A DNA stretch of 64,000 nt. Origin: Antedon mediterranea (taxonomy: Eukaryota > Animalia > Echinodermata). The DNA lies in the NCBI RefSeq assembly GCF_964355755.1, contig NC_092672.1:14074001-14138000 (forward strand), written 5' to 3'. How positions within the stretch are numbered: position 1 is the first letter of the stretch; each line of letters begins with the position of its first letter. Shown one piece after another: positions 51,679 through 64,000 of the stretch. The notes beneath the pieces were generated by a model that was not told where the DNA came from, made no database searches, and was given only the letters and a program-made list of their open reading frames with translations. Both the position numbers and the translations under genes were made by a program.

Positions 51679-53430
51679 GCGCTAATGCAGTTTCGTACCA
51701 ACCCCTTAAGCATAAAATTGTAAAAAAAAATCAATAATTTTTTATTTTAAACTATTTTTAATCAATTAATAATTAAGCACCCTTCAGAAACACATCCCCA
51801 GGCCTGCCGATAAAAGTCAATCAATCGTTCGATTAATATAGCGGCATTCCAACATTCATTGCTCATGGCGCTGTAGAAAAAATCAGAAAAGGTGAGTTTT
51901 GAGTAATGACTTAAAGTGACTCAATAATGATGTGTGTTTAATGTTCAAGGGTAAGGTGGTTCCAGAGCCTAGGTCCAGCAACACTGAAAGTCCAATCTCC
52001 CCAACTATGTTTGCTTCTCGGAATGTCCAGTAGCACCTGATGACTAGATCTTAGTTCTCGCTTTCCCTTCTTGACTGTCAACAATTCTGAGAGATATTTT
52101 GGAACGCAACTATTTAGGCATCGGAACACCAGCAGCAGGATCTTAAATTTAACACGTGACTCCAATATCCAGTATGGAGGCCTCACAATACATCAAGCAG
52201 CAGGATCTTAAATTTAACACGTGACTCCAATATCCAGTATGGAGGCCTCACAAGACATCAAGAATTTTGGCGATCTATAGAGGACGCTGTTATGGTTATA
52301 CTATAGGGCTATAACAAATATTTTTACTTGTTCTTAGTGTTTTTATACAGAATTTTTTTTTGTGTTTAATTATATTGTTTTTAGAAATTCTATTAATTTT
52401 TAATTGTTGTATGTTATTGTCTTGTCAAATTGTATTTTTGTGACGGTCCATAATGATCACGTTTGGCTGGATAGACCACCACCCTCGTAAAATAGTGTTG
52501 AAATAAATAAATAAATGAATAGTTTTTATTTTTATTTGTTTTTATTTTAATTAATAGTAGATTTACACAACATAAAAGAAAAATGAAAGACATGAAATGG
52601 TATATTCAGTGTCAGCAGAAGTAAAATAAATTCTAGTAATTAGATGGAAAATGCTTCATATCACGTTTTTATTATAAGTACATATCACTGTATTATTGTA
52701 CATTACATTTCAATAAATTATATCGTTCTGTTTTTGTTGCATTTCTTATTTCCATGTATTTAAAAGAGGTCTTTCATAGGTGAATAAAAAATGTTAATTT
52801 ATATAAAATATGCTATTCAAATCTTAAAACTGAGAATAACATTTCTAGTACAGTGATAACATTACTAAAGCAATTAGGTTGTCATAAGCTTCCTGTTTAT
52901 TATGTTATAACATTAACAAAGTAGCTCAAGACTGAACGAAGTAGGCCTACTGTAATTCCTCCTACTGCCTACTCCATTCCCATATTTATCTTCTTTCCTG
53001 TGTAAAATTCTACTATTAAAATGAAAGAACAAATTAAAAACATAACATATGGTGATACCCACAATGATGAATACAACCATTGTATATTATTTCTTTATTA
53101 AAAATACGAAACTCATATGAATAATAAATTATTTAGTGCGTGCTTTAAACATTAGTAACTACGCCCTCTATAGAGCGCAATCTTTTACTCTCACAATTAA
53201 TGTCCTGTGAGGCTCCGTACTTTTATCGGCAGGCCTAGTGATGATTTTCGCGAAGCTAAGCTGGCGTTGTATTTCTGAAGAGTGCTCAATATTAATTGAT
53301 TAAAATCAGTTATAAACAAATTATCGATATTTTACAATTTTGTGATTGCAGGATGTTGTAGACAACTCGTGAGTAGGTTGGATGAAAATTTTGAGTAATT
53401 TTGAGGGGTGGTACAAAAATGCATTAGGGC
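51679..53430. repeat. Inverted pair of a dispersed repeat (about 51679-51820 and 53220-53430)
   Basis: ctaatgca...gtacca...aatcaattaata...cttcagaaa...aggcctgccgataaaag mirrored by cttttatcggcaggcct...tttctgaag...tattaattgatt...tggtac...tgcattag. Confidence 0.65.
51860..52260 (-). mobile_element. L2-clade LINE ORF2 C-terminal fragment with a 65-bp tandem duplication at its 5' junction
   Basis: RVKFKILLLVFRCL...PKYLSELL...RELRSS...LLDIP...FSVAGPRLWNHL. 52131-52195 is repeated at 52196-52260. Confidence 0.8.
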
Positions 53431-54311
53431 AACGTTTGACAGAACGGCAAATACAATGTTGACACTGGATTGTGAAAATAATTATAAGATAACATAAAAA
53501 ATGAATATATATATTATACTATATTTTATCTATAACACTGATTATTAGTATTAGTAATGTTTTTTTTTAAAATACCACAAAATATATTCTATTATATTAA
53601 AAGAATTATTTATATATATGTACAATATAATCAATGATCTATGTTATATAGTTTTATAGAGAAATAAAATAGAAAGAGGAACATATCATATTTTGTAGGC
53701 CTATCATTCGCACTTTACACTGTCTGGCAGAGTTGAGTAGGGCCTAGATGCTCACTGACACTTGACGCAGCTCTCCTGTCATAGGCCTACCTGTGTCGTA
53801 GGTCTACATTTAACATTTTTGGTGTCATATATCGCGCTAAAATTGAGGTTTTATTGTTGGAAATGCTATTAGAAGTCTCTATATATCATATTTCATTAAA
53901 TTAACACTTTAAATTGACATTTCTTGGTAGGTCATACTAGTTGACGCAATATGGACATTTGTGACACAATATATGCATCAACTCAGTTCGTGTCGCTATG
54001 GTGAAGTTTAAGAATCGAGACGCATTGGCCGATGCACTGTATTTTTAATCCTATGTCCTCAAACTAACTGGCCTATAATAGACCCCTAATATTGTATATG
54101 GAACAGGAACATGGATGTATATTGGGCAAAAAAAGTGGTTTACATTTATAATATTTATTTATTATACGAATAAATAGGCATATTTGCACTTTGCAGCCCA
54201 AATGCAACAAATCGCTATCTAACCAACCAACCACAAATTAATCTGAATGCACTCTTTTAAATTACAATTATATGATTTCAGAATCTTCTAAAGTAAAGGA
54301 GTTGTTCAAGC

Positions 54312-54515
54312 ATGATTGAAGAATTTGAGCAAAGTTTCCCCCTGCAAGAGACAAATCAGTCATTTGCCAAGCAACAAACAGAAACAAGAGCAGTATCGGC
54401 ACTCTCCAAACAGATGTTTACAGTTCATTTAGGTAGTGACAAGGAAAATAACAATGATCAAGAAAATACTAGCAGTTTGCAAGATGCCTTCAAGAAGTTC
54501 CGCAAAAATAGACAG
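54312..54515 (+). CDS. Probable first coding exon (exon 54282-54515) of an unidentified gene; later exons not located
   Basis: Acceptor tttcag (54281), in-frame stop then AGC ATG, 68 protein-like codons ending SSLQDAFKKFRKNRQ, donor CAG|GTACCG in phase 0. Confidence 0.55.
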
Positions 54516-54612
54516 GTACCGTCCACATGGATTTTTTTTACTATACCATTAGAATGAAAAACTAGATTTAATTTGTTTCGTTAAAATCGCGCGTAGACCA
54601 CATAATTTGTTA

Positions 54613-55560
54613 TAGTCTGGGTTCCAGACGGAGTTTTGTCTTAATATTAGTAAAAAGATAAATATTTTGGCACATATGGCGTTTCATACGTATACTACTT
54701 GATTTTGGATACTCCGTCTGGGGAAACACGCACAAGTTACATGGTTTGACACCAAGAATTCTTGGTGCATACGATTATCCGGTTGACTAGTTTCAGCTGC
54801 ATGCGATTGGCTACTCACTCCTACACCGTTTTAATATTCATATTTCAGAATTTCCAAAGACTCAATGATGCGCATGCGCTATGTTACGTTTAGACAATGT
54901 GTACTTCGGTACATTTATGAAAGTTTCTGAAGGCTAGAAATTATTTTATATGCCTAGTAGTCTGGTAAACATTTGATGGGATTTTTCCCAAGAACATGAA
55001 AACTCGTCTTGATATGATAGGCTAGCTTCTCCGCAAATCAAACATTGAATGGATCATTTATTACGCGGAGATAATTTTGATTTAATTCTCACCCAGACCC
55101 TGTCCTGTTCTGTGTGGTGGTGTAGCCCTGTTGTGTGCCGGTGGTGGTATGTAGGGCTACTTTATTGGCGTTTTATTTGGCAGGTCATACGTGCGAGTTG
55201 AGTGGGACCTACGAAAGAGGCCTAGGCCAAGGACTAAACAATTAATAAACAAAACTTGGCATTACGATTTTATATTTCAACAGTCTCGATTGTACATTCA
55301 GCACTGTACGTACGTCTCAATCTTTTTCATTTTGAAACAAAATGATCATTGGTTGATTCGAAATCCATATTTACATACCGCCCGCCCCATATAGCCAAAT
55401 ACGGTATGATAACCTACGTCATTCTTATCGGATGTTTGCGGTCTGCAAATCGATTTCTATACGTGTTTCACAAGTCTGTATTTTCAGACAAAAATCGCGG
55501 TCGAAATAAAAACAAATAAATAAAAAAAAAAGATAATACAGACTTGGGGCAAGTCTAAAT
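54613..55560. mobile_element. Dispersed repeat element related to window positions 274-430
   Basis: Starts with hairpin tagtctgggttccagac and has two segments matching the window start in inverted orientation. Right boundary uncertain. Confidence 0.55.
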
Positions 55561-56551
55561 TTGTTATTGCGCACCATAAAAAGATTACCACATCGATTCC
55601 TGGCCATAAGGAATGTACTCTGAAAAATTGACGTAGCTACAGTAGATGAAACTGATATCAAGATAATTGACGGACAAAATACAGTAGTGCTAAGGAAAGA
55701 ATAAATAAAGAAATAGATAAAGATTCTGACAGAATCAATATTAATCAATGTTTTTTGCATGCTATGTGCAACATTATCTGTTTGTAGTCATTAGTCAAAA
55801 TAATGTAGTCATTTAAATTTAAAATAGAAATACATAGACAGATCATCAGCTAACCTTTACCCACTATGACAATCTAAAAAGGGAATGTTCAATAATGTAG
55901 ATCAAACTGTCATGCTCACATGTATGTTGGCTCTTCTGGTTAGATTGTATCTGTCTTTCTGAGGTGCAGATGTTTATTTGGGAGAACTTTATTTGAAAAT
56001 ATCCGGGTATTATGTTAATATTATATCCTTTGTCAACATTGACTATGATAACATGTAGTAGATAGTCCCTGGTCTTTAACAACAAAAAAACTTGCTGCCC
56101 TGCTGCCCTCTTGTGTTCAATTGTGCATGCTAAGTAAAGAAATAACATAGGACATTGATAAGATGATTTGATAAATAAGCTTAAGTTATTTGGGACATGG
56201 AATATATAACCCAAGTAAATGTTTCAGTTGAAACAAAATCCAGACCTCCAACTGTCCAGGCATGGCGGAAGTCTCCCAATATTTCCAGTCATCTCCCGCT
56301 AAAATGCAATTTATCCCGATATTTTGAATATAAACCAAAAAAATTTCATGATGTGTATATAAATTAACTTGAGATATTGATATAGAGAACATACCAGAGA
56401 AGAGACATACTAATATCAGTCCGTATTATATAAGATGTTATGAATTCATGTGTTTTTTAATACAGTATATTAAATTATGCCGTTGCCATGGCATGCCTGA
56501 CATACACGTATGTAGTTGCCAGTATTTACTATAGTCAACATTCCTTCTCAA

Positions 56552-56702
56552 TCACCCACCACTCCACATTGCAAACAAGTTCCTGGTGGTCAGTGGGACA
56601 GGGAAGACAAACTTCCTGGTGGTTAGTGGTACAGGGAAGACCAGCACCCCCCACTCCACATTGCAAACAAGTTCCTGGTGGTTAGTGGGACAGGGAAGAC
56701 AA
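56552..56702. repeat. Compound tandem repeat (three copies of a ~33-bp core, two with a ~25-bp extension)
   Basis: ttcctggtggt(c/t)agtgg(g/t)acagggaagac x3 and ccactccacattgcaaacaag x2. Confidence 0.85.
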
Positions 56703-58436
56703 GCTTCTTTTTTTTCCTGTTTACTTCCATGGATTAGTCTTTCCAAAAACAAGCCTATTTATATTTTTGTAGTTTAATTGTACATTGAACTACAAAATGT
56801 GTGGATGTTTGTGAATATAAAATTCTATTAAAAAATTTCCAGAAAATGTTTTGTACAATTACTATGGTAATAATATGTACTGATTGTAGCTTTAGAGCTA
56901 ATTCCAATATCTTAACCAAGATAATTATCAATTGGAGTCTACCTACTGTACATATTTAATGTTGAAAACAACATCGTATGACTAGGATCATCATTATAAT
57001 AATTGACATTAATCTGTAATTTACTGCGTACTAATAGTTTGTTTTTTTTTCTTTCATTTCCCATCTATTTCCTTGCCCTTGTATAACAAAGACATCTCAT
57101 GCCTTATTTAGTGTGAACATCTGCAGTTCTGTTTATTTATAAATGATAAAACATTTTAAACACATCAATAAATTTATTTCTAATAATACTGCCTACATAT
57201 TTGCCTATTTGAAAAGAAACGGTAATGATAAACACATTTAGAATTTGTCTTTGTTGAAATAGATGATGTAGTAGTTAGTACAGTAGTTCATTCATTCAAA
57301 TTGTTGCTATCAAATGTTTCTTTTCCATTTTGAATGTTCGACTTTTATGTTCCTGATACGATATCTTTTCTCGTATTCTCTGAACTTCTCTTCTCTCTCA
57401 ATTATACAGTGCCAAAGTCTTTTTGATCCACGTTGATTGAACTCTTTACTAAAGCTTTGTCTACACTAAAAACATTTTGTTGCTTAAAAAACAAATTGTC
57501 AAGCTCAGACATCTCAAGGAAGGTAATCAATATTGTTTATCCACTTTTTCCAAACGGTAACCTGTGGAAAGCTTTCAGGAAAGTGACGTATATACTGTAT
57601 TTGTAATATTGTCAGAGCAATACAATTTTCAATGTAATAAAGTATAATACAATAATGATAATAATTTATTATTTATTTTTACAAACCTCTGGAAATAAAA
57701 ATGATTCTGTATCAGCATTAAGTATAAAATACTTATTTTTCATCTCGCAAAGACTTCAGTTAAATGATTGCTAATTGTTGGTAAATGAATACACCTTAGA
57801 AATAACCTTTAGTGATCAGAATAGATAGCTTTCTATAATGACCATGTAGGAGCAAATCAATGAAAACAAACCTTTAAAAAACAGTGTTCAGAAAACTAAT
57901 CAAAAGTGCTTTTATCATTGGCATATTGTTTGACTGAATTTGCTCATTTTATGAAGATGAAATTTTAAATATCAATGATTGCATCTGCTGTTGTGGTAAA
58001 CAAACTGTGTGGAGATTAATAGGATACAAGAGATAAATAGTCATTGTCAAATAAAAAGGCATGGAGCAAAACTCAATCTTCTCGTTAATTCTGTGTGACA
58101 TGCATTGTATTATAAACTTTATTTTGGGTGCAGTTTTGTAATATTAAATAATTAATTTAATTGTATCCTTAATCCTGTTATTTGGTAATAAACTCTCAGG
58201 TCATACTAATCTACACCCGGTATCACCTAGTAGGGTTTTATGCTAAACCAGACTATGGAGATTATAAAAATACCTTATTGTTTCTAATAAACATCCCGCC
58301 CCTAAAAAACGCCTCCCTCTGAGATTTTTCCCATATTGTAATTAATGAGTGCTCAATAATTGCAGTATTCAGTCCATATGGCCTTAAATGAGTAAGGGAA
58401 AATATTTATTTCACAATGATGTTTGTGTACCTTTTA

Positions 58437-58473
58437 TTATTGACCATGGAGTGCTTTACTCCATGTTATTGAC
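58437..58473. mobile_element. Probable P-superfamily excision footprint
   Basis: TTATTGAC + CATGGAGT gcttt ACTCCATG + TTATTGAC: an 8-bp direct repeat around two 8-bp inverted stubs starting CATG. Confidence 0.7.
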
Positions 58474-61400
58474 CAAACTAGGCAAATTGTAAGCTAGGCC
58501 ATACGCAGCGGTATTTGCTTTGTGTACTTCCGCTCCGCCGCGTGTTGCAGGAAAGATTCCTCTTCAGCACACAATACACTCAACGAATCCCAAATTATAT
58601 TTTTTAAATATGCTGTATAAGAAAAAGTATTTTGTTGCTTCCTATACTTTACATGCATTAATGGAGTAAATTTTTACGCAATTTGATCTAGTGTGTATCA
58701 TGTGACTTTTAACCAATTTCGTAACTCTTTATATACTGTATAGCTCTGAAGATTTTCTAGATTTTAACTTGATGCCTAGTTTAACATGCAGTATCAAATA
58801 GACAATTTCCTTATATCTTTCTTGTTTTGTAGATTTTCCCTCTCTGATATTGATCGGCATGTTTCATAGTATTGTTTGCATGGTCTGTTGCTTGTTGACA
58901 ACAATACTTGGCATTAATGACAAAAATATTAAAGAGTTAAAATGATTTCCGTTTAGTAATAGTAGGAACAAAATGGAATGTATTTTTGTGTACAAACAAT
59001 GTGAACGTCTTTGGGAGGTTAAAATTCAGAGTTTAAACTCTCTCTTTGAATTTTATGTCTTTGTTTTCTACCTTAACCTTAACCGTATTTAGTTATAATG
59101 TTGTTGTTCCGATTTCAGTACTCTATGAATTAAAATTTCATTGTCATTATTGAAATACTGTATGCTGTATACTACATAGTATATAGTACCAAAGCTATAA
59201 AGCTACTGTAAATAACTCTACATTGTACATTGTACATTTTTAATTTTTAATTTCATTTTCAGAAAACACAGTGACATTTTCCTATTTCTACATTTACACT
59301 AATTGTACTCCTTAAAATTCTGTAAATTAATATTTAATAATACATTAAAATATTCACCTACTTTATATTATCACATACTGTACAATATCGTCATATAATA
59401 AGCCTGTATCTTATTAACCTCTATATAAATAGGGTTGTAGTCATCAAACTTATAAGTTAAAGAAGGAGAACAACCTACTGAACTCAAAGTGCATGTGAAC
59501 AACTTATAAAACAATCTAAACATGATTATTGACATACATGTAACCTGATTAAACTCAATGTGTAGTCCTATTTATTGTAGTACATTGAGATAGGTACAGT
59601 ATATAGGCATACTAACAGTAATATTATCTCATTGTAAAAAGTAGACTATTAATCCGCATTTAATTAAACGTATTAATAAATCTCCCATTGAAGTAAGCAC
59701 CATAATGGCATCCCATTGAAATAAGCATCCCGATAAATCAAGGAGCCTAAGTGATAAGCATTTGATATAATATAATTATGGTTATAGGTAATATTCATTA
59801 ACAATTCTCAAATTTTTATAATTTTGACACTACTTGGTTTATTTTGAATTTGACATCTGTATTAATAAATCCCATAAAGTTACATAATAATGAAGTAATA
59901 TATAATTATTTTTTATATATTATATTATACATTAGCCTATGTAAATATGTGAACATGATTGGTTGAAACTGCACCTCATGACTACCGCTCCATGGATTAA
60001 ATTGTTATACTGAGCGGTGTTATTTTGACTGTGTAAATGTATTTTTCATGTCCCGGTCATTAGACATAAAATCCAGCAAATTGTTGAGGAGTTTGATATA
60101 GTGTGGAAACTCACGTCTGCTGTCAAATAAATAAAGGTTACCTAGTACGTAGTACAGTAGGACTTGAACTCACAAAGATTAGCCCACATCATCAAGAGAC
60201 AACGTTTTACACGTTGCACCATGTAATTCACTTCCAAAAAATATTTCAACTAAAGCATTTAAACTACCATATTGTTTCTAATACACCCGCTGAGATATTT
60301 TTTCCATATTGTGTGGTATGAATAAAGTTTGATCATTAGGCCAAAAAAAAAAATTATTGTGTTGGCCACACCCGACCAACCCTAATCTGGCTTTTTTGTG
60401 AGCCAAACAGCAATTCTGAAACTAAAAATGGTGAAAAAATGTCTTATTCACCAAATTGGCCTCCGCCGGACGTGTGGAGAAGCACATGCAACCAACCGTG
60501 AATCAATCACATGATAACCGGAATACGCGATTATCAATTTTTAGGGGGATCCAAATTTTAACTAAATAAGCGTTTTTATTACACAGTGGTCGAGACACGT
60601 TTTTGATATAGTTATCAATATTTGTCATCACTTCCACAAACCCCCCATCTTCCACCATCAACAATTAAACCCTTTTACACCGCTGAGGTTAAAACAAACC
60701 TGCCGTGTCCAGATAAATTTCCTTATCACACCTGATTCATTAACCTGGTAATGACACAGGTTGCATGTATTTACACTGCAAAATACCAACCTGTGTAAAT
60801 GTTCTACATTAATCAAAATATCGCCCTCAAATGCATGAAGAGACACCCTAATAATGGTCTGCTCATTAAAACTCCTACAATTATTTTAATGGCAATACAA
60901 AAATATAATAGTTAATACTCATGAAGAATAATATTTCTTGATATAAAAATGTTTAACCATCCGTTCTACAATATACGAAAATAAAACAAAATCAGTATTT
61001 TTCTAAAATTTTTTTAAAATACTATTATTATAGTGAGCGATTACAGCAACCAACGTCGAAAGGATATGCAGACTGTTTACACCAGTTCATACCTGGTTGA
61101 CTTGACGTTAAATATATTCCGCATTATTTACCTAGTTACTTCAGCAACCTGGGTAACGTTTAATTACGTTGTTTACATTTTCGGATTTCGGTATCCCGGT
61201 TACAACTCGGGTTACACAATTTAGGATCATTTCTGCATTTTTGTAAAAGGGATATACAATACATTCTTCAATGATGAATTCAGATCTAGTCTAACGAACA
61301 CTTCTTTTTTTTTCTGGATATTGGGCTTGCTATTTTTACAACAATTTCTATAATATTATTTTATAAACAAATCAGGCATAGAACATTAATTCTAAACCGC

Positions 61401-61919
61401 CCGGTTTTTATGATATATTATTATTAGTTTTCATAACTTAACTACAGTATATGTTGCACTAGAAAAAAGGTGAAAGATAAGATGCACAAACAAGTACTTA
61501 AATGTGCAAATACGTCTAGAACATATGTACATAGGAATAGTGTAATGCCTTGTTGCCTAGCAATCATAAGAGGTTCTAACAGCAGTATACCAAGTGTTCA
61601 ATACAGCCATGATTCATAGTTTTATTGTTTGTGCATCTTTTATTTTCACTGATGATTTCCTGCTTTCATTGTTTGTGAAACTTACAGACATGTATTTGTT
61701 TCATTAATATCAATAGTATACCTTTCACCCTCATTTCTTCCATTGTGAAATTGAAAGAAGGTTTGAGGAACTCTGGAAAATCACTCGAGCATTAAACAAC
61801 CAAACTAAAAAAGTAATATTAGGACAATCTAAATTGATTTATATAAGTGTTAATAATATCGTCTAAAAGTGCAGATTGCAACTTTCGTATCCCCTAAAAG
61901 CGTCCCTTTGTGTCAAATA

Positions 61920-62168
61920 CTATTTGTCTGTCTACACCCACAGGGGCTGAGATAGACCAGCACACCAAGTTAGCTCCCTGCTTTTTGAAATATACTAGAT
62001 CCTTTAACATGCACACAAGCCAGATATGTACACTGGAAGTCCATTTAAGTTCTTATCTCTGAGAAGACATTATTCTACCACCAGAACTATGATCAAGGAG
62101 AGCTTTGAACCTGTCCAATTTGAAGGCTGATAGAGGAACCTCACTTAAGAACCACCACTCGACAGACT
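61920..62168 (-). mobile_element. Diverged Deu-domain SINE copy
   Basis: Reverse complement catagttctggtggtagaa...gtcttctc...gataag...tccagtgtacatatctggcttgtgtgcatgttaaaggatctagta matches the 29507 SINE, with a decayed B box ggttcaaag upstream. Confidence 0.75.
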
Positions 62169-62340
62169 AACTTTGACGTATTTTAGGCAAATGGATCAAA
62201 TAGAAATAAAAAAGCTAATTAATTGTAACTGTTTTGCTTGGTACATTTAGCATCATATACAGGATTTTCAAAATTTTAAAAATAATTCATACATTGTGTA
62301 CTTCCATGAGCCCTTGTTACACAGATGTTGCAGTGCATTA

Positions 62341-62998
62341 AACTCTTCTTTAAATATTGGCCTAAGTGTGCGTCAACTCCAGGGAACATTTACAACATTA
62401 AACACTTCTTTAAATATTGCCCTCAGTGTGCGTCAACTCCAGGGAACATTTACAACATTAAACACTTCTTTAAATATTGCCCTCAGTGTGCGTCAACTCC
62501 AGGGAACATTTACAACATTAAACACTTCTTTAAATATTGGCCTCAGTGTGCGTCAACTCCAGGGAACATTTACAACATTAAACACTTCTTTAAATATTGG
62601 CCTCAGTGTGCGTCAACTCCAGGGAACATTTACAACATTAAACACTTCTTTAAATATTGGCCTCAGTGTGCGTCAACTCCAGGGAACATTTACAACATTA
62701 AACACTTCTTTAAATATTGCCCTCATTGTGCGTCAACTCCAGGGAACATTTACAACATTAAACACTTCTTTAAATATTGCCCTCAGTGTGCGTCAACTCC
62801 AGGGAACATTTACAACATTAAACACTTCTTTAAATATTGCCCTCAGTGTGCGTCAACTCCAGGGAACATTTACAACATTAAACACTTCTTTAAATATTGC
62901 CCTCATTGTGCGTCAACTCCAGGGAACATTTACAACATTAAACACTTCTTTAAATATTGCCCTCAGTGTGCGTCAACTCCAGGGAACATTTACAACAT
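62341..62998. repeat. Minisatellite, 60-bp unit x11
   Basis: Unit aacacttctttaaatattg(c/g)cctca(g/t)tgtgcgtcaactccagggaacatttacaacatta. Confidence 0.97.
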
Positions 62999-64000
62999 GA
63001 AACAATTTGTATCTTTAATTACACAATAGTTTTCTAGGCAAAATTAAATGATTCATTAAATTGAATTATTGTTCCAATATTTTATTAATATTACTAAAAG
63101 TTTACTTACTAAAAAGAAATTAATTTATTTCAAATTGCTTTATAAAATGTCCTGCAAAATCATCTTTCTTGTTCTCATAAATCTCAAAATAATCATATTT
63201 GCTTTATATCTAATTAACATTTGGATTAAAAAATAAAATGGTAGATTTCTCTAAAATATAAGTGCTGGTAAGATAAAGGGTGTTTAGAGCATTTTAATAT
63301 TTTGATATTACAGTAGATGGTGCTGGATATTATCCTCTAAAAGCAAGTAAAATATAGTTAACAATTGATTGACTACTATGGTCGCCTGTTGCATTGCTAT
63401 TACAATCCAAAACTATGGCTGCTGTTTTCAATTATGTATTAATAACTTCCTGAACAATCATGTGTTTTTTGTGTCAATTAACATGACGTCATTTCTTTCA
63501 GGAAATGCGTATAAAAATGTCTACAATGCATTATTATTTCTATTCAGAATGTTGGATTTGAAATGTTGTTTAGAATAATGATTGTATGATCATCAAATGT
63601 TGAAAATCAAATATAATTTTGTAATTTGTAATCAAACGTAGTTGTCCTGCAATACTAAGCTTTATTTAAGACTCAAGTAATTTAAAGGACAACTTAAATA
63701 TGGTTCTCTGTCAAGTTGTGCTTTAAAGAAAAACACTGACTTAACTGAGCTGAACTGTGATTGGTCAATACTTTGAGCATACATTGCTTGTACATCATTA
63801 TGTGCTTTTTAAGTTGGAGTCTAATGTTGATTTAAAAAAATAAATGTTGGCTCATTTATATTTAGATTTTTCTATTCCTGATTTGTAATTTTGAAATTTT
63901 AACAAGAAAATGAAGTTTGGCTCATATTACACAAAATACACAAACGTGTCACTACCTTGAGTTCCATATTTTACCAGGGAGTACAGTATCTGTGTGATTA

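Noticed and set aside
57850-57915. Possible next exon (EQINENKPLK...) of the 54312 gene
   Set aside because: Weak acceptor and no convincing donor.
62296-63029. Two 234-aa ORFs with repeated motifs
   Set aside because: They arise from a stop-free 60-bp tandem repeat, with no ATG-led gene or clear splice context.

Overview
AT-rich, intron-containing animal genomic DNA, probably a marine deuterostome such as an echinoderm (inferred from Deu-domain SINEs and vertebrate-like intron positions; not proven). It is not prokaryotic and has no CRISPR array. Three complete spliced genes can be assembled by eye: Cdc42 (+, 5 coding exons, 191 aa, one GC-AG intron), PTPN11/SHP2/corkscrew (+, 15 coding exons, 588 aa) and a class I SAM-dependent methyltransferase (-, 6 exons, 270 aa). 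There is also an uncharacterised secreted-protein gene (-) whose first exon is split by an insertion, and one orphan coding exon near 54.3 kb. The most unusual object is a young 4.27-kb Gypsy-type LTR element (47177-51441). It has near-identical LTRs, a 4-bp TSD, a tRNA-Ser PBS and a PPT but no RT, RNase H or integrase. Its longest ORF begins with a ComEA-like helix-hairpin-helix DNA-binding domain, upstream of an interrupted gag. The window also holds LINE fragments, DeuSINEs, MITEs, a likely P-element excision footprint, minisatellites and CTAG/AGGCCT arrays just downstream of first exons. All coordinates were counted by hand and may be off by a few bases at repeat edges.
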